Source: an uncultured bacterium (GTDB lineage: Bacteria; Zixibacteria; MSB-5A5; UBA10806). From it: DNA of 64,000 nucleotides. The notes under the pieces are model-generated. The model made no database searches. It was not told the origin of the DNA and saw only the letters and a list, made by a program, of their open reading frames with translations. The position numbers and the translations under genes were made by a program. The DNA lies in assembly GCA_965541585.1 (NCBI GenBank), contig CBEUCH010000002.1, forward strand, positions 160,001 to 224,000, in the 5' to 3' direction. Positions within the stretch are counted from its first letter, which is position 1. Each line of letters starts with the position of its first letter. Shown in pieces: positions 9,625-18,924 of the stretch.

Positions 9625-10395
9625 ATGACTGAAACTAAGCACGAACATCTCGATCTTTTAGCTTTCGGCGCTCATCCCGATGATGTGGAGGTCGGTTGCG
9701 CGGGGCTTTTAATAAAGCTGAACAAACGCGGTTATAAAACCGGACTGGTCATTCTCACCGAGGGCGAGATGGGCACCGGCGGCACGAGGGAGCTTCGCAA
9801 AAAAGAGGCGGCAGACGCCGCAACGATCATGAAATCGAAAGTGGTTGCCCATCTTAACCTGGGAGACTGCAAACTCGAGGACAATTACGATACCCGTTTG
9901 ATAGCCGTCGAATATATCAGGCGGTACAGGCCATCTATTGTGCTGGCGCCATGGTGGAAAGGCGGCCATGGCAAACGGCAGTCGCATCCCGATCACCTGT
10001 CCTGCGGTCGGATAGTGGTCAATGCCGTCAATTACGCCACCTTCAAGAAGATCCCCATCGATCTGCCGCCGCATCGGGTCAAGGCTCTCTTCCATTATTT
10101 CCTGCCGCCGGATGTGCCGCCGACTTTTGTAGTGGATATCACAGACGAATTCGACCAGTGGATGAAGGCGCTCTCTGCTCACCGCTCGCAGTTCCTTAAC
10201 CCGGAAAAAGAGAGAGATTATCTCTGGGCGCTGGAATCCATGGCGAGAACCTACGGCAATTTGATCGGCGCCAAATACGGGCAGGGATATGGCATCGGCG
10301 AGCCATTAAAAATCGAGGACCCGTTTTGTTTAGTGGGTAGATGCAGCCGCATACCGGAAATGCTGATAGAAAAGAAAGCAAGCGATGAGGAATGA
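9625..10395 (+). CDS. bshB1: Bacillithiol biosynthesis deacetylase BshB1 (PIG-L/LmbE family)
   Basis: AFGAHPDDVE, LT.GEMGT.G....R..E, HPDH, FVVDIT, KALSAHRSQF; GAGGAG before ATG 9625. Confidence 0.8.
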   Translation: MTETKHEHLDLLAFGAHPDDVEVGCAGLLIKLNKRGYKTGLVILTEGEMGTGGTRELRKKEAADAATIMKSKVVAHLNLGDCKLEDNYDTRLIAVEYIRRYRPSIVLAPWWKGGHGKRQSHPDHLSCGRIVVNAVNYATFKKIPIDLPPHRVKALFHYFLPPDVPPTFVVDITDEFDQWMKALSAHRSQFLNPEKERDYLWALESMARTYGNLIGAKYGQGYGIGEPLKIEDPFCLVGRCSRIPEMLIEKKASDEE

Positions 10396-10472
10396 ATTGA
10401 CAGAGGCGTCAGGCTGTTACGGTCTGACCTGGGCGGGATATAATCTCAGTCCCGAAAGGTGGGAAAGAGGCG

Positions 10473-10673
10473 TCAATTTCCCAGGGGGCACATTCCGGAA
10501 AACGTAATTAGCGCGCCGATAATCGGAATAATCAATGCAACTATAAATACCCATATCGCCAGGATCTCGCCGAATCTGCGTTTGGCTCCTGTAGCCTTAG
10601 CGGAAGAAACGGAGACAATATACCCTATGGCTAAGAAAAGAGTGGCGGGGACGATACTCAAGATCAAACACAT
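10473..10673 (-). CDS. Small two-helix membrane protein (66 aa)
   Basis: Strong SD (AAGGAGG) 6 nt before ATG; two hydrophobic segments. Confidence 0.6.
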   Translation of the reverse strand: MCLILSIVPATLFLAIGYIVSVSSAKATGAKRRFGEILAIWVFIVALIIPIIGALITFSGMCPLGN

Positions 10674-10920
10674 TTAAGGCCTCCTTATTTCTCGGAGGAT
10701 AGGACATGGGAAGCGGGTCTGTCAAATCTATTGACATACCTCGCAATAGGTCACTGATTTTAAATTCCTTCGGATACTCTTAGTTTTTGAGAATTAAGGA
10801 TTTTATTTCTCTGGAATCGTCTACCGGTATTTATTAACTTAACCTCTATGGAATCCCGGGGTCTAATACTGTGGTTAAGTATGCCGGGAATGGTCGCAAA
10901 TAATTGATGGAGAAATTCTG

Positions 10921-12183
10921 ATGAAGAAGATATTCACAGTAATCGTAATCATCGTTGTGGTGGCGATAGCCTACAACCTCTGGTGGCCCTCGGATTCCGC
11001 CGAAAACGGCAGCAACGGCGCCACTCGGACATCGACATCAGTCATAAAAAAGGGCAATCTGACCATTGCAGTTAACTCCACCGGCGTAGTGGAGCCGATC
11101 CTGACGGTCGATTTGAAATCGAAAGCCTCCGGCGAGATAATCGAGCTTCCCATAGAGGAAGGGGATATAGTCGAGGAGGGCCGGCTCATCGCCAGGCTCG
11201 ATGCCACCACCACGAAGAACGCTTACGACCAGGCGGTTGCTGATCTGGAGGTTGCCAGGTCGAGCCTGTCTCTCGCTATAAAAGAGACGAAAAGGCAGCA
11301 GGAGCTTTACGATCAGGGATTGATCTCCGAGCTCGAATATGAAAACGCTCTACTAGAGAAAGAGAGAGCCAATTCCAGCCTGGTAAAGGCCGAGGTCAAC
11401 CTCGAGGATTCCAGGGAAAGGCTTTCGGATACGGTCATTAAATCGCCTATCGACGGTATCGTTTTGAAGAAATATGTGGAGAACGGTCAGATTATCGCCT
11501 CCGGTATCTCGGAGGTCTCGGGCGGCTCCATCATAGCCACCGTGGCCGACCTCTCCCGGGCCTATATCAAGACGGCGGTGGACGAGGTCGATATCGGGCA
11601 AATCACACCGGGTCAGAAGGCGACCATCATAGCGGAGAGCTATCCCGACCGGGAGTTCCTGGGCGAGGTGCAGCGAATTCATCCGCTGGCACGTGAAGAG
11701 CAGAATGTAACCACCTTCGACGTTACCATAGAGGTCGATAACTCCGAGAGGCTACTTATGGCTGGCATGAATGCCAGCGTGGAGATAATTGCGGGTTTCA
11801 GAGAGAATGTCCTTTTGGTTCCACGGGAGGCGCTGACCGATATTCGGAGTTTATCGCGGATGATGGGCGGGCCGCCGGGAGGTTCCAACCGTGAGGGCAT
11901 GATGCGAATGGCCGGCGGCGGTAGCAGAGGGCATCGCCCCGACGGTGATAGCAAAAAAGGAAATCCCACCAAAATGGTGATTGTGACCAACGGCGGCCAG
12001 CAGGAGCCCCGCCAGATTGAGATCGGCATGTCTAATTTCGAGATGGCGGAGGCGCTCTCCGGGTTGTCTGAGGGCGATACTGTTCTGACAACTATCACAT
12101 CGAAGGCGCTGCTCGACCGCGAGGCGTTTATGGAGCGTATGCGACGCTGGAGCCGTATCCCCGGCATGGAAAAGAAAAAATGA
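10921..12183 (+). CDS. Efflux periplasmic adaptor subunit (MacA-like)
   Basis: N-terminal anchor, SGEI..L...EGD.V..G, IKSPIDG.V, VDEVDIG, GMNA.V.I. Confidence 0.9.
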   Translation: MKKIFTVIVIIVVVAIAYNLWWPSDSAENGSNGATRTSTSVIKKGNLTIAVNSTGVVEPILTVDLKSKASGEIIELPIEEGDIVEEGRLIARLDATTTKNAYDQAVADLEVARSSLSLAIKETKRQQELYDQGLISELEYENALLEKERANSSLVKAEVNLEDSRERLSDTVIKSPIDGIVLKKYVENGQIIASGISEVSGGSIIATVADLSRAYIKTAVDEVDIGQITPGQKATIIAESYPDREFLGEVQRIHPLAREEQNVTTFDVTIEVDNSERLLMAGMNASVEIIAGFRENVLLVPREALTDIRSLSRMMGGPPGGSNREGMMRMAGGGSRGHRPDGDSKKGNPTKMVIVTNGGQQEPRQIEIGMSNFEMAEALSGLSEGDTVLTTITSKALLDREAFMERMRRWSRIPGMEKKK

Positions 12184-13397
12184 AATGGCGTGAGTTCTTC
12201 AGTGTCAGCATGGCTTCATTGCATGCCAACAAGGTGCGCTCGCTTCTGACCATGTTAGGTATCATAATCGGCGTGGGTGCGGTTATCGTGATGATATCAC
12301 TCGGCCAGGGGGCCAAGAAGGCAGTGGCCGATAGACTGGAGGCCCTGGGAACCAACCTATTATATATCCGTTCCGGCGCCCCGCACACGAGGCGGGTCAG
12401 AGGCGCAGCCGGCACTTCACAGCGTCTCGACGAGCGCGACCTGCGGCGGCTCAGGGCGGAAACGATGGCCGTGGATAATATCATCCCCGAGATCCGCGGC
12501 GGCAAGCAAGTCATATATGGCAATAAAAATTGGAACACCACCGTAATCGGCACCGGCCCGGAGTATCTGGAGCTTCGCAGCTACACTCTGGCCGACGGCG
12601 ATAACTTTACCGAACGCGATGTTAATTCCATCAAGCGGGTGGCGATTGTGGGGCCGAAGGTGGTGGAAAATGTATTTGAAAATATCAATCCCATCGGCCA
12701 GACCATCCGTATCGGCAGGATTCGTTTCGAGGTCATCGGTATGACCGAATCCAAGGGCGTATCCGGCGGCTGGCTCGATTTCGACGATGTAATATTGATA
12801 CCGTATACCACGGCGCAGAAACGGGTTTTCGGATTGACACACTTAGACCGCCTGATCGCCCGGCTCAAGGATGAATCCCTGATAACCAACGCTTATTTCG
12901 AGATCGAGAAGATCCTGCGCAAATCGCACAAGCTCCGCCCCGACCAGGAGAACGACTTTTTTATTCAGTCGCAGTCGGATTACGCCGCCGCCCGGCAGGA
13001 GACCACCGAGACCATGACCTATCTGTTGGCCGGTGTGGCATTGGTTTCGCTTTTAGTCGGCGGGATCGGGATTATGAATATCATGCTGGTCTCCGTCACC
13101 GAGCGGACCAAGGAGATCGGCGTTCGCATGGCGGTGGGGGCGCGCCGTCGTGACATACTGATTCAGTTCATCATGGAATCGGTAACCCTGGCGCTTTTCG
13201 GCGGCCTGATCGGCATCCTTACAGGCGTGGGCGGTTCTTTCGGCCTGACCGAGTTTTTCGGCTGGAGCACGTTTATTCCGGCGCCGGCAGTGGGGATGTC
13301 GTTTGCATTCGCCTTCGCCGTGGGCCTGTTCTTCGGCATCTACCCCGCACGCAAAGCCTCGCTCTTAGATCCGATAGAGGCGTTGAGGTGGGAGTAG
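12180..13397 (+). CDS. ABC transporter permease, MacB/FtsX family (no ATPase domain)
   Basis: RSLLTMLGIIIGV, GGIGIMNIMLVSVTERTKEIGVRMAVGA, GIYPARKAS.LDPIEALR. Confidence 0.93.
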   Translation: MKWREFFSVSMASLHANKVRSLLTMLGIIIGVGAVIVMISLGQGAKKAVADRLEALGTNLLYIRSGAPHTRRVRGAAGTSQRLDERDLRRLRAETMAVDNIIPEIRGGKQVIYGNKNWNTTVIGTGPEYLELRSYTLADGDNFTERDVNSIKRVAIVGPKVVENVFENINPIGQTIRIGRIRFEVIGMTESKGVSGGWLDFDDVILIPYTTAQKRVFGLTHLDRLIARLKDESLITNAYFEIEKILRKSHKLRPDQENDFFIQSQSDYAAARQETTETMTYLLAGVALVSLLVGGIGIMNIMLVSVTERTKEIGVRMAVGARRRDILIQFIMESVTLALFGGLIGILTGVGGSFGLTEFFGWSTFIPAPAVGMSFAFAFAVGLFFGIYPARKASLLDPIEALRWE

Positions 13398-13458
13398 GGC
13401 GAGATTAGATTTCATTCTATAAAGGATATTTTAGATATTCAGGTAAGGGGGAAATATA

Positions 13459-14388
13459 ATGCGTTATATGGTTGAACTTGGGTTGACGAGTCCAATTAGC
13501 AGGGAATGTGAGGACGTGCGAATAAAAAAAGACAATATAGAAGTCATATTCGATTTTAGGGGAGATAAAGGATATACTGGGGAGCCGAATATCAAGTTTA
13601 TTGTAGCAGCTGTTGATTTCGATGAGGCAACTAAAAAATTAGACAAGTACGGTCTACCATACATAGAAAAGATAATGATGGTTAATAGAATAAGATTAAC
13701 TATTTCACAAATCCACTTCATTTTGGAAGGTGCCAAAGGACATATTGAAAGATCTTGCTTCGTGTCTAAATTGTGGCGTGGCGGCTCATCCTTTTATCAT
13801 GAGCACTTTTCTCAACAAAGGATTGATGCTATAATTAATACAGAGTTCAAGAATCTTAATGAAAAGGCGCTTGGATATTTTAGATTCGCTATGTTTTCTA
13901 CGACAGACATAGATCAATTCAGGAATCTAAGGCTTGCGCTAGAATCACTCATACCGAAAAGGGATGATCCAAAAGTTAGGAAATGTGAGAAATGCGCTGC
14001 AGACCTTTATTGTAAAAAATGCGCTCATGTCGTTAGTCATACTGGGGTTTTGGATGAAGATATAAGAGGCTTTTGGATTGATGAAATGCACGGAGATAAA
14101 AACCTAATTGATGAAATATTAAAATTACGGCATAAGGCTTTTCATGCTTCTCCTATATCAAGTATTTACAAACACAAACTTCCCCATATCAATCATAAAC
14201 TCGAAATTGGGCTCGGCTTCTATTTTTCGCAGGGCACGCAATTTGTACCTATGATGGCTGATCATGGAAGAAATTATTATTCAAAATTGACTTTTGAAAC
14301 GAGCTTTCCTGATCAAGAGTTTCCGGAGGATTTTCCAAAAGAGGATTACTGGAGAGAAAAAATACTCACCCCTCCAGATGATGGATAG
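13459..14388 (+). CDS. Putative HEPN-domain protein (MauJ/ApeA-like) with zinc ribbon
   Basis: AT-rich; ALGYFRFA...QFRNLRLALESL, CEKC...CKKC, LRHKAFH (Rx4H). Confidence 0.6.
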   Translation: MRYMVELGLTSPISRECEDVRIKKDNIEVIFDFRGDKGYTGEPNIKFIVAAVDFDEATKKLDKYGLPYIEKIMMVNRIRLTISQIHFILEGAKGHIERSCFVSKLWRGGSSFYHEHFSQQRIDAIINTEFKNLNEKALGYFRFAMFSTTDIDQFRNLRLALESLIPKRDDPKVRKCEKCAADLYCKKCAHVVSHTGVLDEDIRGFWIDEMHGDKNLIDEILKLRHKAFHASPISSIYKHKLPHINHKLEIGLGFYFSQGTQFVPMMADHGRNYYSKLTFETSFPDQEFPEDFPKEDYWREKILTPPDDG

Positions 14389-14469
14389 TATTTTAATTGC
14401 GATGTTAGGAATCCTTTCCTGACAGACCATCGTCTGGAAAGGGCTCCCGGCGGCGGGTGATAAATCACG

Positions 14470-14823
14470 TTAAAGTAATGGCAATCCTTTGGTTGTTGTG
14501 AAATCTAATCCTAAGTGACTCGCATACCCAGCCGCAAAAACTCTAGTAGCCATCTTCAAATTGTCATTTACATTATCTTTCTTAAGAACGCGGCAAATTA
14601 AATGTCCACCACCTAATACGATAGCGTAACTGTGAAAAAATCGCCTATGATTGTATGAGGTTGCAGGTTCAATAATATCAGGTAGTGCTCCAGAAAATGC
14701 TCCTATAGCAACAGCGCCGAGGGTGCCAAGGACAGAGGGTTTGTTTCCTGTCTTCTTTCTGCTGGCTATATAGGTGTAGGTCCCGGCTGCTATTGAAGCC
14801 AAAATGTGAGAATTTCGATTCAT
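14470..14823 (-). CDS. YdjM-like metal-dependent hydrolase (membrane)
   Basis: H near N-terminus, LPD, HRRFFHS, GYASHLGLD..T..GLP. Confidence 0.8.
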   Translation of the reverse strand: MNRNSHILASIAAGTYTYIASRKKTGNKPSVLGTLGAVAIGAFSGALPDIIEPATSYNHRRFFHSYAIVLGGGHLICRVLKKDNVNDNLKMATRVFAAGYASHLGLDFTTTKGLPLL

Positions 14824-14867
14824 AACGCCCCATTTCTTTCGTTACTTCAGTCAATATATTCTGGCAT

Positions 14868-14896
14868 ATTTTAGTTGCGGGAGAAGAAAGTGTCAA
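14868..14896 (-). promoter_or_regulatory. Sigma70-type promoter for the YdjM-like gene
   Basis: Minus strand TTGACA-17nt-TAAAAT. Confidence 0.55.
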
Positions 14897-14917
14897 CAAA
14901 TAATTTTATTCTAAGAA

Positions 14918-15146
14918 GTAGGTGGGAGGCTCGTCTCCCCGCCCGCGTTTCTCGGGGTCGGCAGACAAGTCCAACGGACCGGTAGAGGGCTACCGACCTA
15001 CGACTGATTAAATCGAATATTTCCCGTAGGGGTCGATCTTGGATCGACCCGAAGAAAGCGGGCAGGTCCGAATGAGCGAAGCGAATGAGAAACCCGACAT
15101 TATGCAGAAGTGTCGGCCTTCTCACTTCGTTCGGAGGCCGACCTAC
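14918..15146. repeat. Cluster of four GTAG-type REP-like palindromes in alternating orientation
   Basis: GTAGGTGGGAGGCTCGTCTCCCCGCC (14918,+); GTAGGTCGGTAG...CTGCCGACC (15001,-); GTAGGGGTCGATCTTGGATCGACCC (15026,+); GTAGGTCGGCCTCC...AAGGCCGACA (15146,-). Confidence 0.7.
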
Positions 15147-15290
15147 TTTTTTTGCAGAATCGCGCATTAACGCCGTTAGGCCTTGACAACAATGGTTATC
15201 GTTTGCTATAGAGCGTTGTCAATAATATATTTGGCGACCGGTACACAACCGTGTGCCCGACGACAATGGGAATCGAACACCGGAGAGCAA

Positions 15291-16325
15291 ATGGCAAGAA
15301 ATATCTCGACACGTATGGCCTTTGGGATTGGGGCCCGGACATTAAAGAATATAATGGTAAACAAGCCGATCTCTATTGCTCTCGAGGTAACGCATAACTG
15401 CACCGCCAATTGCCGTCATTGCGACAAGGGCGCGCCTGTCGAGGACAACGCTATCGGCGTAGCCGAATATAAGAGGATCTGCGAGAGTCTTACTCCCAGC
15501 GTAATTCAGATAGCCGGCGGCGAGCCGCTAAAACGCAAAGAACTGCCGGAGATAGTGCGGGCGTTGCACAGGCCCCACCGGCCGCCGCTTCTGGCGGTGG
15601 TCACCAACGCCTCGCTTCTGACGAAACAGATATATCTCGAACTCAGGGATGCGGGCGTAAATGAATTTTCGATATCGCTGGATTTCCCCGATAGCCGTCA
15701 TGACGATTTCCGCCGCATCCCGGGATTGTTCGAAAAACTCGACAAACTGATCCCGGAACTTCATGCGCTTGGGAATAATGACGTTATAGTCAACTGCTGT
15801 ATAACGCGGGCCAATTACCCGTATCTCCTGGATATCGCCAGAAAGGTCTCGGACTGGGGCGTGAGGCTGAATTTTTCGACCTATACCGACCTTCGCACCG
15901 ACGATAAACAGTATAACCTCCGCCACCCGGAGGACACCGAAAAATTGAGCGCCATAATCGACGAGATGTATTCCCGTCGAAACGGCTACCACTCCGTAAT
16001 GAATCCCGAGCGGGTGCTGCGTCGTTTCAACCAGTTTTACAAGAACGGCTGTTATATGCCGGGTTGTGATAATGGCAGGAGATTTTTGATTGTCAACCCT
16101 GACGGCAGGTTGACGCCGTGCGCCATGTTTTTTGAGCCACGTTATGACAGCCAGAAAGAGCTTATCGAACAGTTTTCAGACAAAAAGGCCTGCGGCGGAT
16201 GTTACATAGCGCTGCGCTCGAACACCGAAAAATCACCCTGGCATCTGCTATTTGATAACCTGAAATATGTCAGGGTCAACGGAAAAAGACGCAGGCAAGT
16301 GGCGGGGAGAGCGACCGGCCGATAA
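15291..16325 (+). CDS. Radical SAM protein with C-terminal Twitch/SPASM-like Cys motifs
   Basis: CTANCRHC, GGEPL, ISLD, GC..G...VNPDG.LTPC, CGGC; GGAGAG before ATG 15291 (the upstream TTG at 15183 looks like a -35 box). Confidence 0.88.
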   Translation: MARNISTRMAFGIGARTLKNIMVNKPISIALEVTHNCTANCRHCDKGAPVEDNAIGVAEYKRICESLTPSVIQIAGGEPLKRKELPEIVRALHRPHRPPLLAVVTNASLLTKQIYLELRDAGVNEFSISLDFPDSRHDDFRRIPGLFEKLDKLIPELHALGNNDVIVNCCITRANYPYLLDIARKVSDWGVRLNFSTYTDLRTDDKQYNLRHPEDTEKLSAIIDEMYSRRNGYHSVMNPERVLRRFNQFYKNGCYMPGCDNGRRFLIVNPDGRLTPCAMFFEPRYDSQKELIEQFSDKKACGGCYIALRSNTEKSPWHLLFDNLKYVRVNGKRRRQVAGRATGR

Positions 16326-16351
16326 AAAAACCCCGGCCTGATTGACCGGGG
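16324..16351 (-). terminator. Intrinsic terminator between convergent genes
   Basis: aaaaaaa-ccccgg-cctgattga-ccgggg. Confidence 0.6.
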
Positions 16352-16544
16352 CCCGGATGCCGGGTGCCTTGTGGGCATGGCGCTTCGCAGGTTATCCCGA
16401 CAATTCCTTCAAAGATCTCGCTGAATAGAACTATGTTTTGATATGTATGGTTTCTACTTTTCAGCAGGTTTTTCGCAGGGTTATCTTACAGATCTCCATG
16501 ATATTATGATATCCATGCGGGTCCATTTAGAACTTCCCTTAATA

Positions 16545-17432
16545 TCATTTTAGATATTCAGAAAGGCTTTCGCCGAAGCTTCGCGGGCGGAAATCGAAAA
16601 GCTCAAATAATGACCTGTCATCGGTATAGTTATCATCAAGCAGCATGGTTATCTGCTCGCCGGTGACGGGAAACCATGAGAACCGTCCCCATAGGGCCGC
16701 TTTCAATCTCATTATTCCCACAGGCGTATGGATCTTCCGGACCTTCTTTTTTCCGATAGCTTCTCCGATAATATCCAGGATCCGGTTAAATGATAGAACC
16801 TCCGGCCCGCCGAATTCGAATACCTTTCCGATGGAGCGATCATCGCTGATTGCTCTTACGAAGCCTGTGCAGACATCATCGATATGCACCGGCTGCAGCC
16901 TGTATTCACCGTCGCCTATCACCGGCACGACGGGCAGGTATTTGATCATGCGAGAGAACATGCCGGTCAGATGGTCACCCGGCCCGGTAATCATGGATGG
17001 CCTGAAGATAGTCCAGTTCAACCCGGATGATCTCAAATATTCTTCGGCTTTGAATTTTGATCTAATATAGCCGGTTTTCCCGTCGGGTCCCACTCCCAAG
17101 GCTGACATCTGCAGAAAACGAGAGATGCCTCTCGCTTTTGCAAAATCTACGAGATTCTTGGTGACCAGGGAATGAGCATTTTCAAAAGTCACGCCCCTTG
17201 ATGGAAACTCCCTGATTATGCCGACCAAGTTGATGATAACATCGCTGCTTTTATCCAGATCGGTAAGCGGTTGGCCCGGATCAAGCGAAACAGTTTCGAC
17301 TTCAGAGCGCTCGGGGATTTTCGCCTTCGAGCCGGGTTTTACAACGAGGGTTACGTGATGCCCGTCTCCCACCAACATTCTTACCAATGCCGAGCCGACA
17401 AAGCCGGTGCCTCCGGCGATGATTATTCTCAT
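16545..17432 (-). CDS. NDUFA9-like NAD-dependent epimerase/dehydratase (atypical SDR)
   Basis: GGTGFVG, INLVGIIRE, MSALG, Y.RSK..AE, FRPS, QPVHIDDV, GGPEV. Confidence 0.88.
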   Translation of the reverse strand: MRIIIAGGTGFVGSALVRMLVGDGHHVTLVVKPGSKAKIPERSEVETVSLDPGQPLTDLDKSSDVIINLVGIIREFPSRGVTFENAHSLVTKNLVDFAKARGISRFLQMSALGVGPDGKTGYIRSKFKAEEYLRSSGLNWTIFRPSMITGPGDHLTGMFSRMIKYLPVVPVIGDGEYRLQPVHIDDVCTGFVRAISDDRSIGKVFEFGGPEVLSFNRILDIIGEAIGKKKVRKIHTPVGIMRLKAALWGRFSWFPVTGEQITMLLDDNYTDDRSLFELFDFRPRSFGESLSEYLK

Positions 17433-17521
17433 TCCCTGGTCCTCATTGCAATGAGATGAATATATTAAATAGATGCAAAGATGCAAATTAATTAGGAATT
17501 AAGGAGATGACCTAAAATCGA

Positions 17522-17550
17522 TTGACCGATACGCAATCCCCCGGTAATAT
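17522..17550 (+). promoter_or_regulatory. Sigma70-type promoter
   Basis: TTGACC-17nt-TAATAT upstream of GGAGG SD and ATG 17583. Confidence 0.5.
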
Positions 17551-17582
17551 TGTGAAAAGGATCTTAACGGGGAGGCGATCTT

Positions 17583-18230
17583 ATGCTGCCGAATTTGATC
17601 TCCTTAGTACGAGTGGCCCTGGTGTTTGTGGCTATCTGGCTTTTCACGCTGGGATTCTACTCCAGACTTTCGGCTACACTCTTGACCATATTGATAATCT
17701 ACATGGATTCCCTTGACGGCTATGTTGCTCGCAAGCTGAATGTCGCCTCCGATTTCGGCGCACTCTTAGATATCGCCGGCGATCGTATAGTAGAGGCTGC
17801 TTATTGGATATTTTTTGCCTGGCAGGGGCTTTTCAGTTTCTGGGTGCCGATGATTGTTGTCACCCGCGGCTTCATGACCGACCTGATCAGAAGCGCCGCC
17901 TTCGCCGAGGGTAAGACCCCTTTCGGCAAGAAAACGCATCTGGAATCGAAAATCGCCCGCTTTATCTGCGCCAGCCGGTTTTCCCGCGGGGTATATGCGG
18001 GCACTAAAGTGGTCGCCTTCGTCTGGTTGGGGATATATCTGACGGTCATTTCCGGCATAGAAAGGTTTGGCTGGAGTATTGCGGATTCGATCGTGCAAAT
18101 CATATATACGGTTGGAATCGTACTGGTCTATATTACGGTCGTGATGTGTATAATCAGGGGAATTCCCATAATCTGGGAATCGAGACATCTGCTTCTGGCG
18201 AAGAAATACCCATGGAAAACCCCCGATTGA
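17583..18230 (+). CDS. CDP-alcohol phosphatidyltransferase (PgsA-like)
   Basis: PN.IS..R, DSLDGYVAR....SDFGALLDIAGD signature. Confidence 0.92.
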   Translation: MLPNLISLVRVALVFVAIWLFTLGFYSRLSATLLTILIIYMDSLDGYVARKLNVASDFGALLDIAGDRIVEAAYWIFFAWQGLFSFWVPMIVVTRGFMTDLIRSAAFAEGKTPFGKKTHLESKIARFICASRFSRGVYAGTKVVAFVWLGIYLTVISGIERFGWSIADSIVQIIYTVGIVLVYITVVMCIIRGIPIIWESRHLLLAKKYPWKTPD

Positions 18231-18868
18231 TCGTTTTCGATATCGATGGTACGCTTTTGCCCGGCACCTCCTGCGAGCGGCTGTTTTTCAGGCATTTATT
18301 GCGTAAGAGAATAATCGGCCTGCGGAATTTATTCAGTTTCGGAAAAAGAGCGATAGCCCTGGTACCCAGGGGATACGCCTATGCCCTTAAAGCCAATAAG
18401 GGCTACCTGCGCGGATTCTCGCCGGATTATATGGCTGGAATCGGGCGGGAGTTTTTTAAAGATCAGGTATCAAAAAGAATATCGGCGAAAGGAATCTCGC
18501 GGATCGAGGAACACCGTCGAAACGGTGACAACATAATATTACTATCGGGCATGTCGGATTTCCTGTTACGAAATTTCTCAGAATATCTCAACGTTGATGA
18601 ACAGATTGGCAGCACACTCGAGATCGATGCCGGTAAATTCACCGGCCGGACAATCGGTCACTTTCCCCTGGCCAAAGGAAAGATCGAGGTATTAATGCCG
18701 CTGCTTGAAAAATACCGCCTTGACTGGTCCGATCTGACCGCCTATGCGGATCATGGTCTCGATAGATACCTGCTGGAAAAGGTCGGTCATCCGGTGGCGG
18801 TCAATCCCGGAGCGGATCTTAAGAAGATAGCTAAGAGTAATGGCTGGCCTGTAGAGAGTTTCGATTAG
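18212..18868 (+). CDS. HAD-IB family phosphatase (SerB-like)
   Basis: FDIDGTL, LSG, K, AYAD...D..LL..VGHPVAVNP. Confidence 0.88.
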   Translation: MENPRLIVFDIDGTLLPGTSCERLFFRHLLRKRIIGLRNLFSFGKRAIALVPRGYAYALKANKGYLRGFSPDYMAGIGREFFKDQVSKRISAKGISRIEEHRRNGDNIILLSGMSDFLLRNFSEYLNVDEQIGSTLEIDAGKFTGRTIGHFPLAKGKIEVLMPLLEKYRLDWSDLTAYADHGLDRYLLEKVGHPVAVNPGADLKKIAKSNGWPVESFD

Positions 18869-18924
18869 GCGCTTAACTTTATTTTTCGCTTCAAAATAAC
18901 CTTGCATTGCCATATCTTCCGCCT

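Noticed and set aside
14395..14475. Integron attC site after the HEPN gene
   Set aside because: A hairpin is present, but there is no convincing RYYYAAC...GTTRRRY pair, the genes are convergent, and there is no integrase
14871..15167. 98-aa minus-strand ORF
   Set aside because: Runs through the REP palindromes and a promoter; likely spurious
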